32,000 nucleotides of DNA from Patescibacteria group bacterium (GTDB lineage Bacteria; Patescibacteriota; Patescibacteriia; 2-01-FULL-39-33). The notes beneath the pieces were generated by a model. It was not told the origin of the DNA. It did no database searches and worked only from the letters and a program-made list of their open reading frames with translations. Of the stretch, positions 17,193 to 25,942 are shown in pieces. Position 1 is the first letter of the stretch; every line of letters begins with the position of its first letter. The stretch spans positions 30,001 through 62,000 of the forward strand of contig JBAZRV010000002.1 in assembly GCA_041662745.1 (NCBI GenBank), written 5' to 3'. The translations under genes and the position numbers were made by a program.

Positions 17193-17990
17193 ATGTTAGA
17201 CAGGTTACTCAAATCATTAATCTATTCTTTAGCGGCAATACTTATTGCCGTGTTTTTTCATTACCTGGGTTGGTTGAGGCCGGTGGAGAATGTGTTCATC
17301 TTGCTATTCAAGCCGTTGCAAGGCGGCGCTTATGAGCTATCGCAGAAAACCAAGAATTTTTCCGATTACTGGTTGCGCAAAAGGAATCTTATCGCCGAGA
17401 ATCAAAAGCTGATTGAGGAAATAAAAAACCTGTCTTTGGACCAATCCAAAATAAACAGTTTGGAAGAAGAAAATGCTTTATTGAAGAAAGAGCTGAATTT
17501 TATTGACGAGGATAAAAAACAATTCGTGGCCGCGCGCATTATCACCGGCGTATCCGATCCCTTGTCGCAGACCGTCATCATTGATCGCGGCGCCCGAGAC
17601 GGTATCGTTAAGGGATTGGCGGTCTCGGTTGATCGCGGCGTGTTGGTCGGAAAGATAGCCGAGGTTTTTGACGATTATTCCAAAGTGATGCTGTTATCGG
17701 ACAATAAATCGCGCGTGGCGGCGACGGTGCAGAATCTTGACCATACCGTCGGCCTGGTTGAGGGGCAATACGGCCTATCTTTTGCCATGACTAACATCCC
17801 GCAAAATCAGGATATTCGTCAAGGCGATTTGGTGGTTACTTCCGGCTTGGAGGGCCAAATACCCAAAGATCTGTTAATCGCTAAAGTGGAAAGCGTTAAA
17901 ACGGTAGAATCGGAGATTTTTAAGACTGCCATTCTTCAGCCCATTATACCCTTGAGCAACCTGTCTTATGTCTTGGTTATTATACCTTAA
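17193..17990 (+). CDS. mreC: Rod shape-determining protein MreC
   Basis: N-terminal TM, coiled coil (NLIAENQKLIEEIKNL...EENALLKKEL), then IITGVSDPLSQTVIIDRGARDGIVKGLAVSVDRGVLVGKI. Confidence 0.92.
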   Translation: MLDRLLKSLIYSLAAILIAVFFHYLGWLRPVENVFILLFKPLQGGAYELSQKTKNFSDYWLRKRNLIAENQKLIEEIKNLSLDQSKINSLEEENALLKKELNFIDEDKKQFVAARIITGVSDPLSQTVIIDRGARDGIVKGLAVSVDRGVLVGKIAEVFDDYSKVMLLSDNKSRVAATVQNLDHTVGLVEGQYGLSFAMTNIPQNQDIRQGDLVVTSGLEGQIPKDLLIAKVESVKTVESEIFKTAILQPIIPLSNLSYVLVIIP

Positions 17991-18519
17991 ACTGAATAAT
18001 AAATGGCGACCGCTATTGGCTGTTGTTTGCCTGATCGGCGCAGTAGTTTTGAATTTGCTGTTAGCCGGCGGAGTAATCAAGTATTTGGCTTTCGTTAATT
18101 TGATTTTTGCCGCTCTGGTTGTTTTGGTTAATTTGCGCAGCGTCGGTGAAGCGTTTATCTTTGCTGCCGTTAGCGGCATTATTCTAGATATTTATTCCGG
18201 CCTGCCCTTCGGTTTGACGGCGGCCAGCTTGGTGTTGTCCGCGGCCGTTATGGAAATATTAATCGCCAATATCTTTTCCAATCGGTCGTTTTATTCTTTG
18301 GTCGGCTTGGGCGCGATCGGTTTGATTGTTTATCGCTTAATTTTCGCTTTATTCACTCAAAGCCTGTTCTTTATCGGCCTGACCGATGCCACCATCAATT
18401 GGAATTTCGGCCTGCAGATGATTCAGGAACTGGTTTTGACTTCTTTGCTGCTGGTTGCAGTTTTTTTTGTTATTGATCGCTGGTCCAACAGCTTTCGTCC
18501 TAATTATTTATCGCGGTAG
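17968..18519 (+). CDS. mreD: Rod shape-determining protein MreD
   Basis: Polytopic membrane protein between mreC and PBP2, FIFAAVSGIILDIYSGLPFG motif; exact start uncertain. Confidence 0.8.
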   Translation: MSWLLYLKLNNKWRPLLAVVCLIGAVVLNLLLAGGVIKYLAFVNLIFAALVVLVNLRSVGEAFIFAAVSGIILDIYSGLPFGLTAASLVLSAAVMEILIANIFSNRSFYSLVGLGAIGLIVYRLIFALFTQSLFFIGLTDATINWNFGLQMIQELVLTSLLLVAVFFVIDRWSNSFRPNYLSR

Positions 18520-18520
18520 T

Positions 18521-20422
18521 ATGGCCAATCCCTTCGCCACAATTGAGCCGATAGCTATCAAGCGCAAGAGCCGTTTGAACTGGGTGGAAGACAGCTGCGA
18601 TCTTAGCAACTCCCTGGAAAGCGGCGTAGAAACCGGTTATTTGAATTTATCCTTATCCGGCAGGAAAATCCGCTGGTTTTTTTTGTTGATCGCTTTGGCG
18701 CTAGCAGTGGTTCTCGTCAAAAGTTTCTGGTTGCAAATAATTTCCGGCGAACATTATTTTTCTTTGGCGGAAAACAACCGCATCAAAACCGAATACGTTA
18801 AAGCGCATCGCGGCATTATTTTTGATCGCAACGGCCAGCCCCTGGTCAATAATCTGTTCGGCTTCTCCTTGTCTTTGTTGCCGGCGGAATTACCCAAGGA
18901 TGAGGCGGTCCGGGCGGAAGAAATCAAAGAATTATCCGGGATTATTGATATGCCCGAAGGGGAGATTGAAGCGCGTTTAGTCGGCGCCGATGAGAATTAC
19001 TATCAACCGGTAACCTTGCGCGTCGGTGTTCCTTATGAGCAGGCCATGATTATTAAAATCAAGGCCGATGATTTGCCCGGCGCCGAGCTTAATGTGGATT
19101 CCTGGCGTTTGTATCCGATTAGCGAATCCTTGTCCCATATCTTGGGTTATATCGGCAAGTTGAATCAGGAGGAATATCGGGAATTAAGCGATAGTTACCT
19201 AATGGACGCCAATATCGGCAAGGCCGGTCTAGAGAAGCAGTATGAAAGCAATTTACGCGGAATTAACGGTCAAGAACAAATTGAAGTTGATGCCCTGGGC
19301 CGGGAGAAAAAAGTTATCTCTCAGAATCAATCGGTGCCGGGGGATAATGTAGTATTGTCATTGGATGCGGCATTGCAAGAAAAAATTTATGAGGTGTTAA
19401 ATGCCAGAGTTAAGGGCAAGAAGGCCTCGGTAATCGTTTCCAATCCGCAAAACGGCGAGATTTTGGCCATGGTTGATTACCCCAGTTTTGATAATAATCT
19501 TTTTACCGGTGGCATTAGCGCCGATGATTATAAAAAACTGTTGGCTGATCCTAATAATCCCTTGTTCACTCGTTCAATTTTCGGCGAATACCCTTCCGGT
19601 TCAACGGTCAAGCCGGTAATAGCTTCCGCCGCCTTGGAAGAAAAAATCATTACCAAGGGTACTACGGTTAATTCCGTCGGCGGCATCAGAGTCGGCCAAT
19701 GGTATTTTCCCGATTGGCAGAGCGGTGGCCATGGTGTAACTAACGTCACAAAAGCCATTGCTTGGTCCGTTAATACTTTCTTTTATTACATCGGCGGCGG
19801 TTATGGCGATTTTGCCGGTTTGGGTTTGGAGCGGTTGGTGAAATATTTTAAATCATTCGGTCTGGGCCAGGCGACCGGAATTGATTTGCCCGGCGAACGG
19901 CCGGGATTCGTGCCTGACGCCAAATGGAAAGAAGACACCAAGAATGAAGTCTGGTATATCGGCGACACTTATCATTTATCTATCGGCCAGGGCGATTTAT
20001 TAGTAACGCCATTGCAGGTTAATAATTATACGGCGGCAGTGGCTAACGGTGGCAAATTAATCAAGCCTCATTTGGCTGTAGCGATTATTAAGGCCGACGG
20101 TACCAAGCAAACCGTTCAGTCGGAAGTAATCAGGCAAATTCCGGTTTCCGCGGAAAACTTGGCGATTGTCCGCGAGGGCATGCGACAGACCGTAACGGCC
20201 GGTTCCGCCGGCAGCCTGAATGCTCTGCCTGTTGCCGTGGCCGGGAAAACCGGTACAGCTCAATGGAGTTCAACCAAAGCCAATCATGCCTGGTTTGCCG
20301 GCTTTGCCCCTTATGACAACCCTAATTTTTGCATTACCGTCTTAGTGGAGGAGGGCGGGGAAGGCTCTTCTGTCTCCGTACCGATTGCCAGGGATATTAT
20401 GCAGTGGTGGTTTACCAGATAA
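18521..20422 (+). CDS. mrdA: Penicillin-binding protein 2
   Basis: AHRGIIFDRNGQPLVNN, catalytic SGSTVKP, SVNTF, GKTGTAQW. Start set at MANPFATIEP (18521), just after the mreD stop, rather than the listed 18455. Confidence 0.9.
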   Translation: MANPFATIEPIAIKRKSRLNWVEDSCDLSNSLESGVETGYLNLSLSGRKIRWFFLLIALALAVVLVKSFWLQIISGEHYFSLAENNRIKTEYVKAHRGIIFDRNGQPLVNNLFGFSLSLLPAELPKDEAVRAEEIKELSGIIDMPEGEIEARLVGADENYYQPVTLRVGVPYEQAMIIKIKADDLPGAELNVDSWRLYPISESLSHILGYIGKLNQEEYRELSDSYLMDANIGKAGLEKQYESNLRGINGQEQIEVDALGREKKVISQNQSVPGDNVVLSLDAALQEKIYEVLNARVKGKKASVIVSNPQNGEILAMVDYPSFDNNLFTGGISADDYKKLLADPNNPLFTRSIFGEYPSGSTVKPVIASAALEEKIITKGTTVNSVGGIRVGQWYFPDWQSGGHGVTNVTKAIAWSVNTFFYYIGGGYGDFAGLGLERLVKYFKSFGLGQATGIDLPGERPGFVPDAKWKEDTKNEVWYIGDTYHLSIGQGDLLVTPLQVNNYTAAVANGGKLIKPHLAVAIIKADGTKQTVQSEVIRQIPVSAENLAIVREGMRQTVTAGSAGSLNALPVAVAGKTGTAQWSSTKANHAWFAGFAPYDNPNFCITVLVEEGGEGSSVSVPIARDIMQWWFTR

Positions 20423-20533
20423 GGCGGATTATGTTAAACTGCTAAAATCGGCAGTACTTTAACTGTGACAGCTGTTAAAAGTGATAATTTTGCCTTATTT
20501 ATGCGGCTTTTTGCTAATTATTATCAACGGCTA

Positions 20534-20562
20534 TTGACAACATTAAGAGACCGTGATATCAT
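20534..20562 (+). promoter_or_regulatory. Sigma70-type promoter upstream of greA
   Basis: TTGACA - 17 nt - TATCAT with extended TGA. Confidence 0.75.
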
Positions 20563-20638
20563 TATTACTATAAATTCACTCTAATTTCTCAAATCGTCTT
20601 TAATGGAGGAGTTTTTAAATTGTCTAAAATACAAATAC

Positions 20639-21097
20639 ATGTCAGAAAATTATATCTCTTCCGACGGTCTGAAAAAGATCAAGGAAGAACTGGAACAACT
20701 TAAAGCAATTGATCGTCCCGAGGTTATTGACCGCATCGCCAAAGCGCGCGATTTGGGTGATTTATCGGAAAACGCCGAGTATCATGAAGCCAGGGAAAAG
20801 CAAAGTTTTATTGAAGGCCGCATTCAAGAATTGGAGGCCTTGGTTAGAAATGCCGTCATTATCAAAAATAAGAAATCAGATACGGTGCAGATCGGCTCCA
20901 CCGTCCACGCCACTTGCGATAACGGCATGAAAGTCAAATATCAGATTGTCGGCCACTCCGAAGCTGATCCGGCCAACGGACGAATCAGCCACCAGTCGCC
21001 TTTGGGTTCGGCTTTCATCGGCAAGGGCATCGGCCACGAGTTTGAACTTAAAGTGCCGGCCGGCGCCATCAAGTGCGTTATTGATCATATTGAATAA
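20639..21097 (+). CDS. greA: Transcription elongation factor GreA
   Basis: MSENYISSDGLKKIKEELEQLK...RPEVIDRIAKARDLGDLSENAEYHEAREKQ...SPLGSAFIGKGIGHEFELKVPAG. Start set at 20639; the listed upstream start overlaps the SD-like GGAGGAG. Confidence 0.94.
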   Translation: MSENYISSDGLKKIKEELEQLKAIDRPEVIDRIAKARDLGDLSENAEYHEAREKQSFIEGRIQELEALVRNAVIIKNKKSDTVQIGSTVHATCDNGMKVKYQIVGHSEADPANGRISHQSPLGSAFIGKGIGHEFELKVPAGAIKCVIDHIE

Positions 21098-21203
21098 TTT
21101 TAATATTTTTTTAGTGTTTTTTATTGAATTGTCGGTTTTGAAGTTTTAGATTGGCAGTCAAAGAGTCTTTTAAAAGTAAATCAACAACCGGAAGGAGAGA
21201 GTA

Positions 21204-21623
21204 ATGAGACATAATGATTCTGGCTTTAGCTTAGTTGAGTTTTTGGTTGTTATGGCAATTCTGGCTATTTTGGCGAGTATAATTGTCGGTAGCGGCGGCG
21301 GCTGCAGTGTTGGTGATGGGGAACGGGTAGGCAAGGTGGTTAAATTGAGCTACAAAGGCGTAATCTGGAAAACCAATGAGGGTCAATTGATTTTAGGTGA
21401 TAAGGGGACTATTACCAATAATACTTGGGATTTCAGCATTCTAGACCCCGACATTTATCAGCAGATTAAAAAGGCAATGGAAGATCAGAAACTTGTACGT
21501 CTGTCTTATCATCAGAATTTTCTTATTCGTCCCTGGAACGGTTCTACCACCTATTTCATTACCGGTGTCAGTATTGTTGGATCGGGAGAGAAACACGAGG
21601 AAGTTGTTGAATTGCAAGAATAG
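21204..21623 (+). CDS. Hypothetical protein with N-terminal type IV pilin-like/prepilin signal
   Basis: GFSLVEFLVVMAILAILASIIVG prepilin-type segment with SD GGAAGGAGAG upstream; the rest (KVVKLSYKGVIWKTNEGQLILG...WDFSILD) is not pilin-like. Confidence 0.75.
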   Translation: MRHNDSGFSLVEFLVVMAILAILASIIVGSGGGCSVGDGERVGKVVKLSYKGVIWKTNEGQLILGDKGTITNNTWDFSILDPDIYQQIKKAMEDQKLVRLSYHQNFLIRPWNGSTTYFITGVSIVGSGEKHEEVVELQE

Positions 21624-21649
21624 GGATGAGCTGTAAGCACATTAATATA

Positions 21650-21688
21650 ATACCGCTTAGCTGTGTTGGCTGAGCGGTATTTTTATTT
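21650..21688 (+). terminator. Rho-independent terminator after 21204-21623
   Basis: ATACCGCTTAGC - TGTGTTG - GCTGAGCGGTAT (12 bp, one GU), followed by TTTTTATTTTA. Confidence 0.85.
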
Positions 21689-21707
21689 TATTCGGTTTTA
21701 TTCGGTT

Positions 21708-23783
<2,076 letters not shown>

Positions 23784-23801
23784 TTATCTAAATTTAGATA
23801 A
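23784..23801. promoter_or_regulatory. 18-nt perfect palindrome immediately upstream of gyrB start
   Basis: TTATCTAAATTTAGATAA, 3 nt from the gyrB ATG, occupying the expected SD position. Confidence 0.6.
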
Positions 23802-23816
23802 GAATAACACCAATCA

Positions 23817-23836
23817 CTGTCGAAAAATTTCGACAG
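23817..23836. promoter_or_regulatory. Inverted repeat / hairpin upstream of gyrB
   Basis: CTGTCGAAA-AA-TTTCGACAG perfect inverted repeat. Confidence 0.6.
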
Positions 23837-23990
23837 CAGGTGACTGAAATTAATGTTTTCCACACCTTTAATTTTAGCATTTTTTAGGTATTTCTACAAG
23901 AGAAAAAATCATGATTTATCGTTCAATTTTAGGTATTATATTAGCCAATAAAACGGTTGATTTTGTGTTGTGGATAAGTTATTTTTTAGG

Positions 23991-24019
23991 TTGACAAAAT
24001 TTCTCCAATGTACTATCAT
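23991..24019 (+). promoter_or_regulatory. Sigma70-type promoter for 24113-25211 unit
   Basis: TTGACA - 17 nt - TATCAT. Confidence 0.75.
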
Positions 24020-24027
24020 TATTTGAT

Positions 24028-24046
24028 AATCCCAAAGGTTGGGATT
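24028..24046 (+). promoter_or_regulatory. Hairpin at the predicted 5' end of the 24113-25211 transcript
   Basis: AATCCCAA-AGG-TTGGGATT, 8 bp perfect stem starting about 1-2 nt after the predicted TSS. Confidence 0.55.
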
Positions 24047-24112
24047 TCACTCGGTCCGGAGTGGCATAACGCCAAAGGACAAAGTACATCAACAAAAAGA
24101 AAGGAAATGCCC

Positions 24113-24877
24113 ATGCCTAAGAAAGCAGGGAATGTCCAAGACAGCGGTTTAACCGCGAAACAGCAACGTGAGCTGTTCACAATGATGATTCTCGCAACTC
24201 CTACGGATATACCGCGGTACATTTATGACCAATGGACGGCTAACCCCCTCGGTCTTAATCGCGAAGTGCGGCGGATTTTGATGTCGCCAACTAACAAACC
24301 AATGGTTTTGCTCGCCCTTCAGCACGACACCGACACCCTCGCCCAACTGGAGAGTTGGGAACGGCACTACCATGATGAATATGGCATGGCCGTTGATTTT
24401 TCCGGCATATTTATTCCGCTTCGTCGCGACGGCTTTAAGCGTTTGATTGTCGTGCCGCAAGGCATGACGTGCAACTTCGCTTTCGCCAAGAATGCCAGTA
24501 TGTTTCCGTGTTTGGCATGGGCGAGCGATTTAGATACTGCTGTCAAAGGCCGTAACGATCGCGAGCCGCATCGGCATTATGCCATCTGGATTCGCGGTGA
24601 TGTAGAGCCGGATGAAGTGTTCCTGACGGCCCATCAGGCGCGAGCTTTCGGTTTGAGTTGCACTACTCTTCTGGAGGACTTGTTAATGGAACTGAAGTAT
24701 TTCAAGGAAACCGGCGAGCATCTCAATAAGCGGAGGATTACTCGTTGCGACGGTTCGCGCCACTCCGATGGCCTTGTGTCAGGCGTCAGTTGGTACGGTG
24801 TAGATTTCCGGGTCTGCAGGTTTAATCTCAGCGATTATCCGGAAGACAATTTGCGTCCTCGTTCCGTAATTTCTTAA
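24113..24877 (+). CDS. Hypothetical protein (about 254 aa)
   Basis: Listed ORF starts at 24008, which falls inside the promoter; MPKKAGNVQDSG at 24113 has an SD (AAAGGA) at suitable spacing. No family recognised with confidence. Confidence 0.75.
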   Translation: MPKKAGNVQDSGLTAKQQRELFTMMILATPTDIPRYIYDQWTANPLGLNREVRRILMSPTNKPMVLLALQHDTDTLAQLESWERHYHDEYGMAVDFSGIFIPLRRDGFKRLIVVPQGMTCNFAFAKNASMFPCLAWASDLDTAVKGRNDREPHRHYAIWIRGDVEPDEVFLTAHQARAFGLSCTTLLEDLLMELKYFKETGEHLNKRRITRCDGSRHSDGLVSGVSWYGVDFRVCRFNLSDYPEDNLRPRSVIS

Positions 24878-24920
24878 TTTCGTTCTTTTATAATTCAACC
24901 AAGCCGAATAAGGAGATGAA

Positions 24921-25211
24921 ATGAGCACCAGAGATAATTCTGTAAAATGTCCAGTATGTGGCAGAGAGGGAATTAGTAATAACCTATATGCTGACGAATT
25001 CAAGCCGGAGGAATTCAGAACTGAGCTTGTTTGTATTTTTTGTCAGGCCAAGTTCAATCCTTGTGGTGGCTGTCATGGTCAAGGAATTGGTGATTATCCT
25101 TATGAATGCTCAATTTGCGGAGGTAGTGGCGTTGGGAGACGATTGATAACGGATCAATCCGAGATGGTAGCGACGAAACAATCTAAGATGGTAGCGACGA
25201 AACAACCTTAA
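24921..25211 (+). CDS. Small zinc-ribbon-like / DnaJ-type CxxCxGxG Cys-rich protein
   Basis: CPVCG...CIFCQAKFNPCGGCHGQG...CSICGGSG, SD AAGGAGATG upstream. Confidence 0.75.
   Translation: MSTRDNSVKCPVCGREGISNNLYADEFKPEEFRTELVCIFCQAKFNPCGGCHGQGIGDYPYECSICGGSGVGRRLITDQSEMVATKQSKMVATKQP
25162..25205. repeat. 24-nt-period tandem repeat at the 3' end of 24921-25211
   Basis: AGATGGTAGCGACGAAACAA occurs at 25162-25181 and 25186-25205; encodes EMVATKQS/KMVATKQP. Confidence 0.9.
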
Positions 25212-25226
25212 TTCTTGTTCTTTATG

Positions 25227-25257
25227 CCGTGTCGGCTTTGCCTGACGCGGTTTTTTT
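25227..25257 (+). terminator. Rho-independent terminator of the 24113-25211 unit
   Basis: CCGTGTCGG - CTTTGC - CTGACGCGG (9 bp with GU pairs) followed by TTTTTTT. Confidence 0.8.
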
Positions 25258-25260
25258 GTC

Positions 25261-25296
25261 AAAATAAAACTCGTCCCGATAGAATATCGGGACGAG
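25261..25296 (-). terminator. Rho-independent terminator of minus-strand gene 25309-25713
   Basis: CTCGTCCCGATA - GAA - TATCGGGACGAG, 12 bp perfect stem (25270-25296); minus strand followed by TTTTATTTT. Confidence 0.85.
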
Positions 25297-25308
25297 GAAT
25301 GAGCTTTG

Positions 25309-25713
25309 TTACTGGGGCGATTGAGCCGGCTTTTGCCGTGGCTTGAAATACCCTAAATACCAGGTCAGTAAAAAAAATCCTAAGAAAATAACCCAGCAGA
25401 TCGCGCCTTGGATTATGGCTATAACCACAAGATCCCACCAGAATGTGAGAACGCCCGCCAACATGATAATCGGTCCGTACAACAATAATATCGCTATCAG
25501 CAATAATCGGTTGATCTGATGTTGCGAGGCGGATATTACGACCGAAGCAATGAGGCTAAAGTACCAGCCGAAGAAAGGTATTGTCAGGATAATCACCCCG
25601 GCTGCTATTGCCATAACAATTAAAATAACGTTTACGGAAAATTCCCAGGTTACGCTGCCGGCTTTTTTGATAAAGCTAATAATCGCCGAGAGCAATTCGT
25701 TGATTTTTTTCAT
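25309..25713 (-). CDS. Hypothetical polytopic membrane protein (134 aa)
   Basis: Several hydrophobic segments (VILIVMAIAAGVIILTIPFFGWYFSLIA...), SD AAAGGGC, own promoter and terminator. Confidence 0.7.
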   Translation of the reverse strand: MKKINELLSAIISFIKKAGSVTWEFSVNVILIVMAIAAGVIILTIPFFGWYFSLIASVVISASQHQINRLLLIAILLLYGPIIMLAGVLTFWWDLVVIAIIQGAICWVIFLGFFLLTWYLGYFKPRQKPAQSPQ

Positions 25714-25800
25714 TTTTAGCCCTTTCTTTCGGTTTGTTTGTTTTGTTCGTTTTAATTTTAATGTCCGATTCAGCTTGACTGGGCGTCAAATCAATATTGC

Positions 25801-25829
25801 ATTGTATCACGTATTAAATAAATTGTCAA
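25801..25829 (-). promoter_or_regulatory. Sigma70-type promoter for 25309-25713
   Basis: Minus strand TTGACA - 17 nt - TACAAT with extended TGA. Confidence 0.75.
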
Positions 25830-25868
25830 TAGGGATGATTCAGAGTGGTTCCGAGGTGATTTTTCGGT

Positions 25869-25897
25869 TTGCATTAAAAATCTGATTTTGTTATAAT
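25869..25897 (+). promoter_or_regulatory. Sigma70-type promoter for aspS
   Basis: TTGCAT - 17 nt - TATAAT with extended TGT. Confidence 0.7.
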
Positions 25898-25942
25898 ATA
25901 AACAATTTAAACGGGAGGGAAATTCAAAAATAAGCAAATTTT

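Noticed and set aside
20603-20638. Upstream start (MEEFLNCLKYKY) for greA
   Set aside because: This ATG overlaps the SD-like GGAGGAG, and GreA proteins typically begin at the MSENYIS-type N-terminus at 20639.
23817-23836. LexA/SOS box upstream of gyrB
   Set aside because: The spacing between CTGT and ACAG is 12 nt, not the 8 nt of the E. coli box, and it does not match the Gram-positive CGAAC-type box; reported only as an uncharacterised inverted repeat.
24008-24112. Listed N-terminal extension MYYHYLIIPKVGISLG... of the 24008 ORF
   Set aside because: It overlaps the predicted -10 element and 5' hairpin. The start at 24113 has a proper SD.
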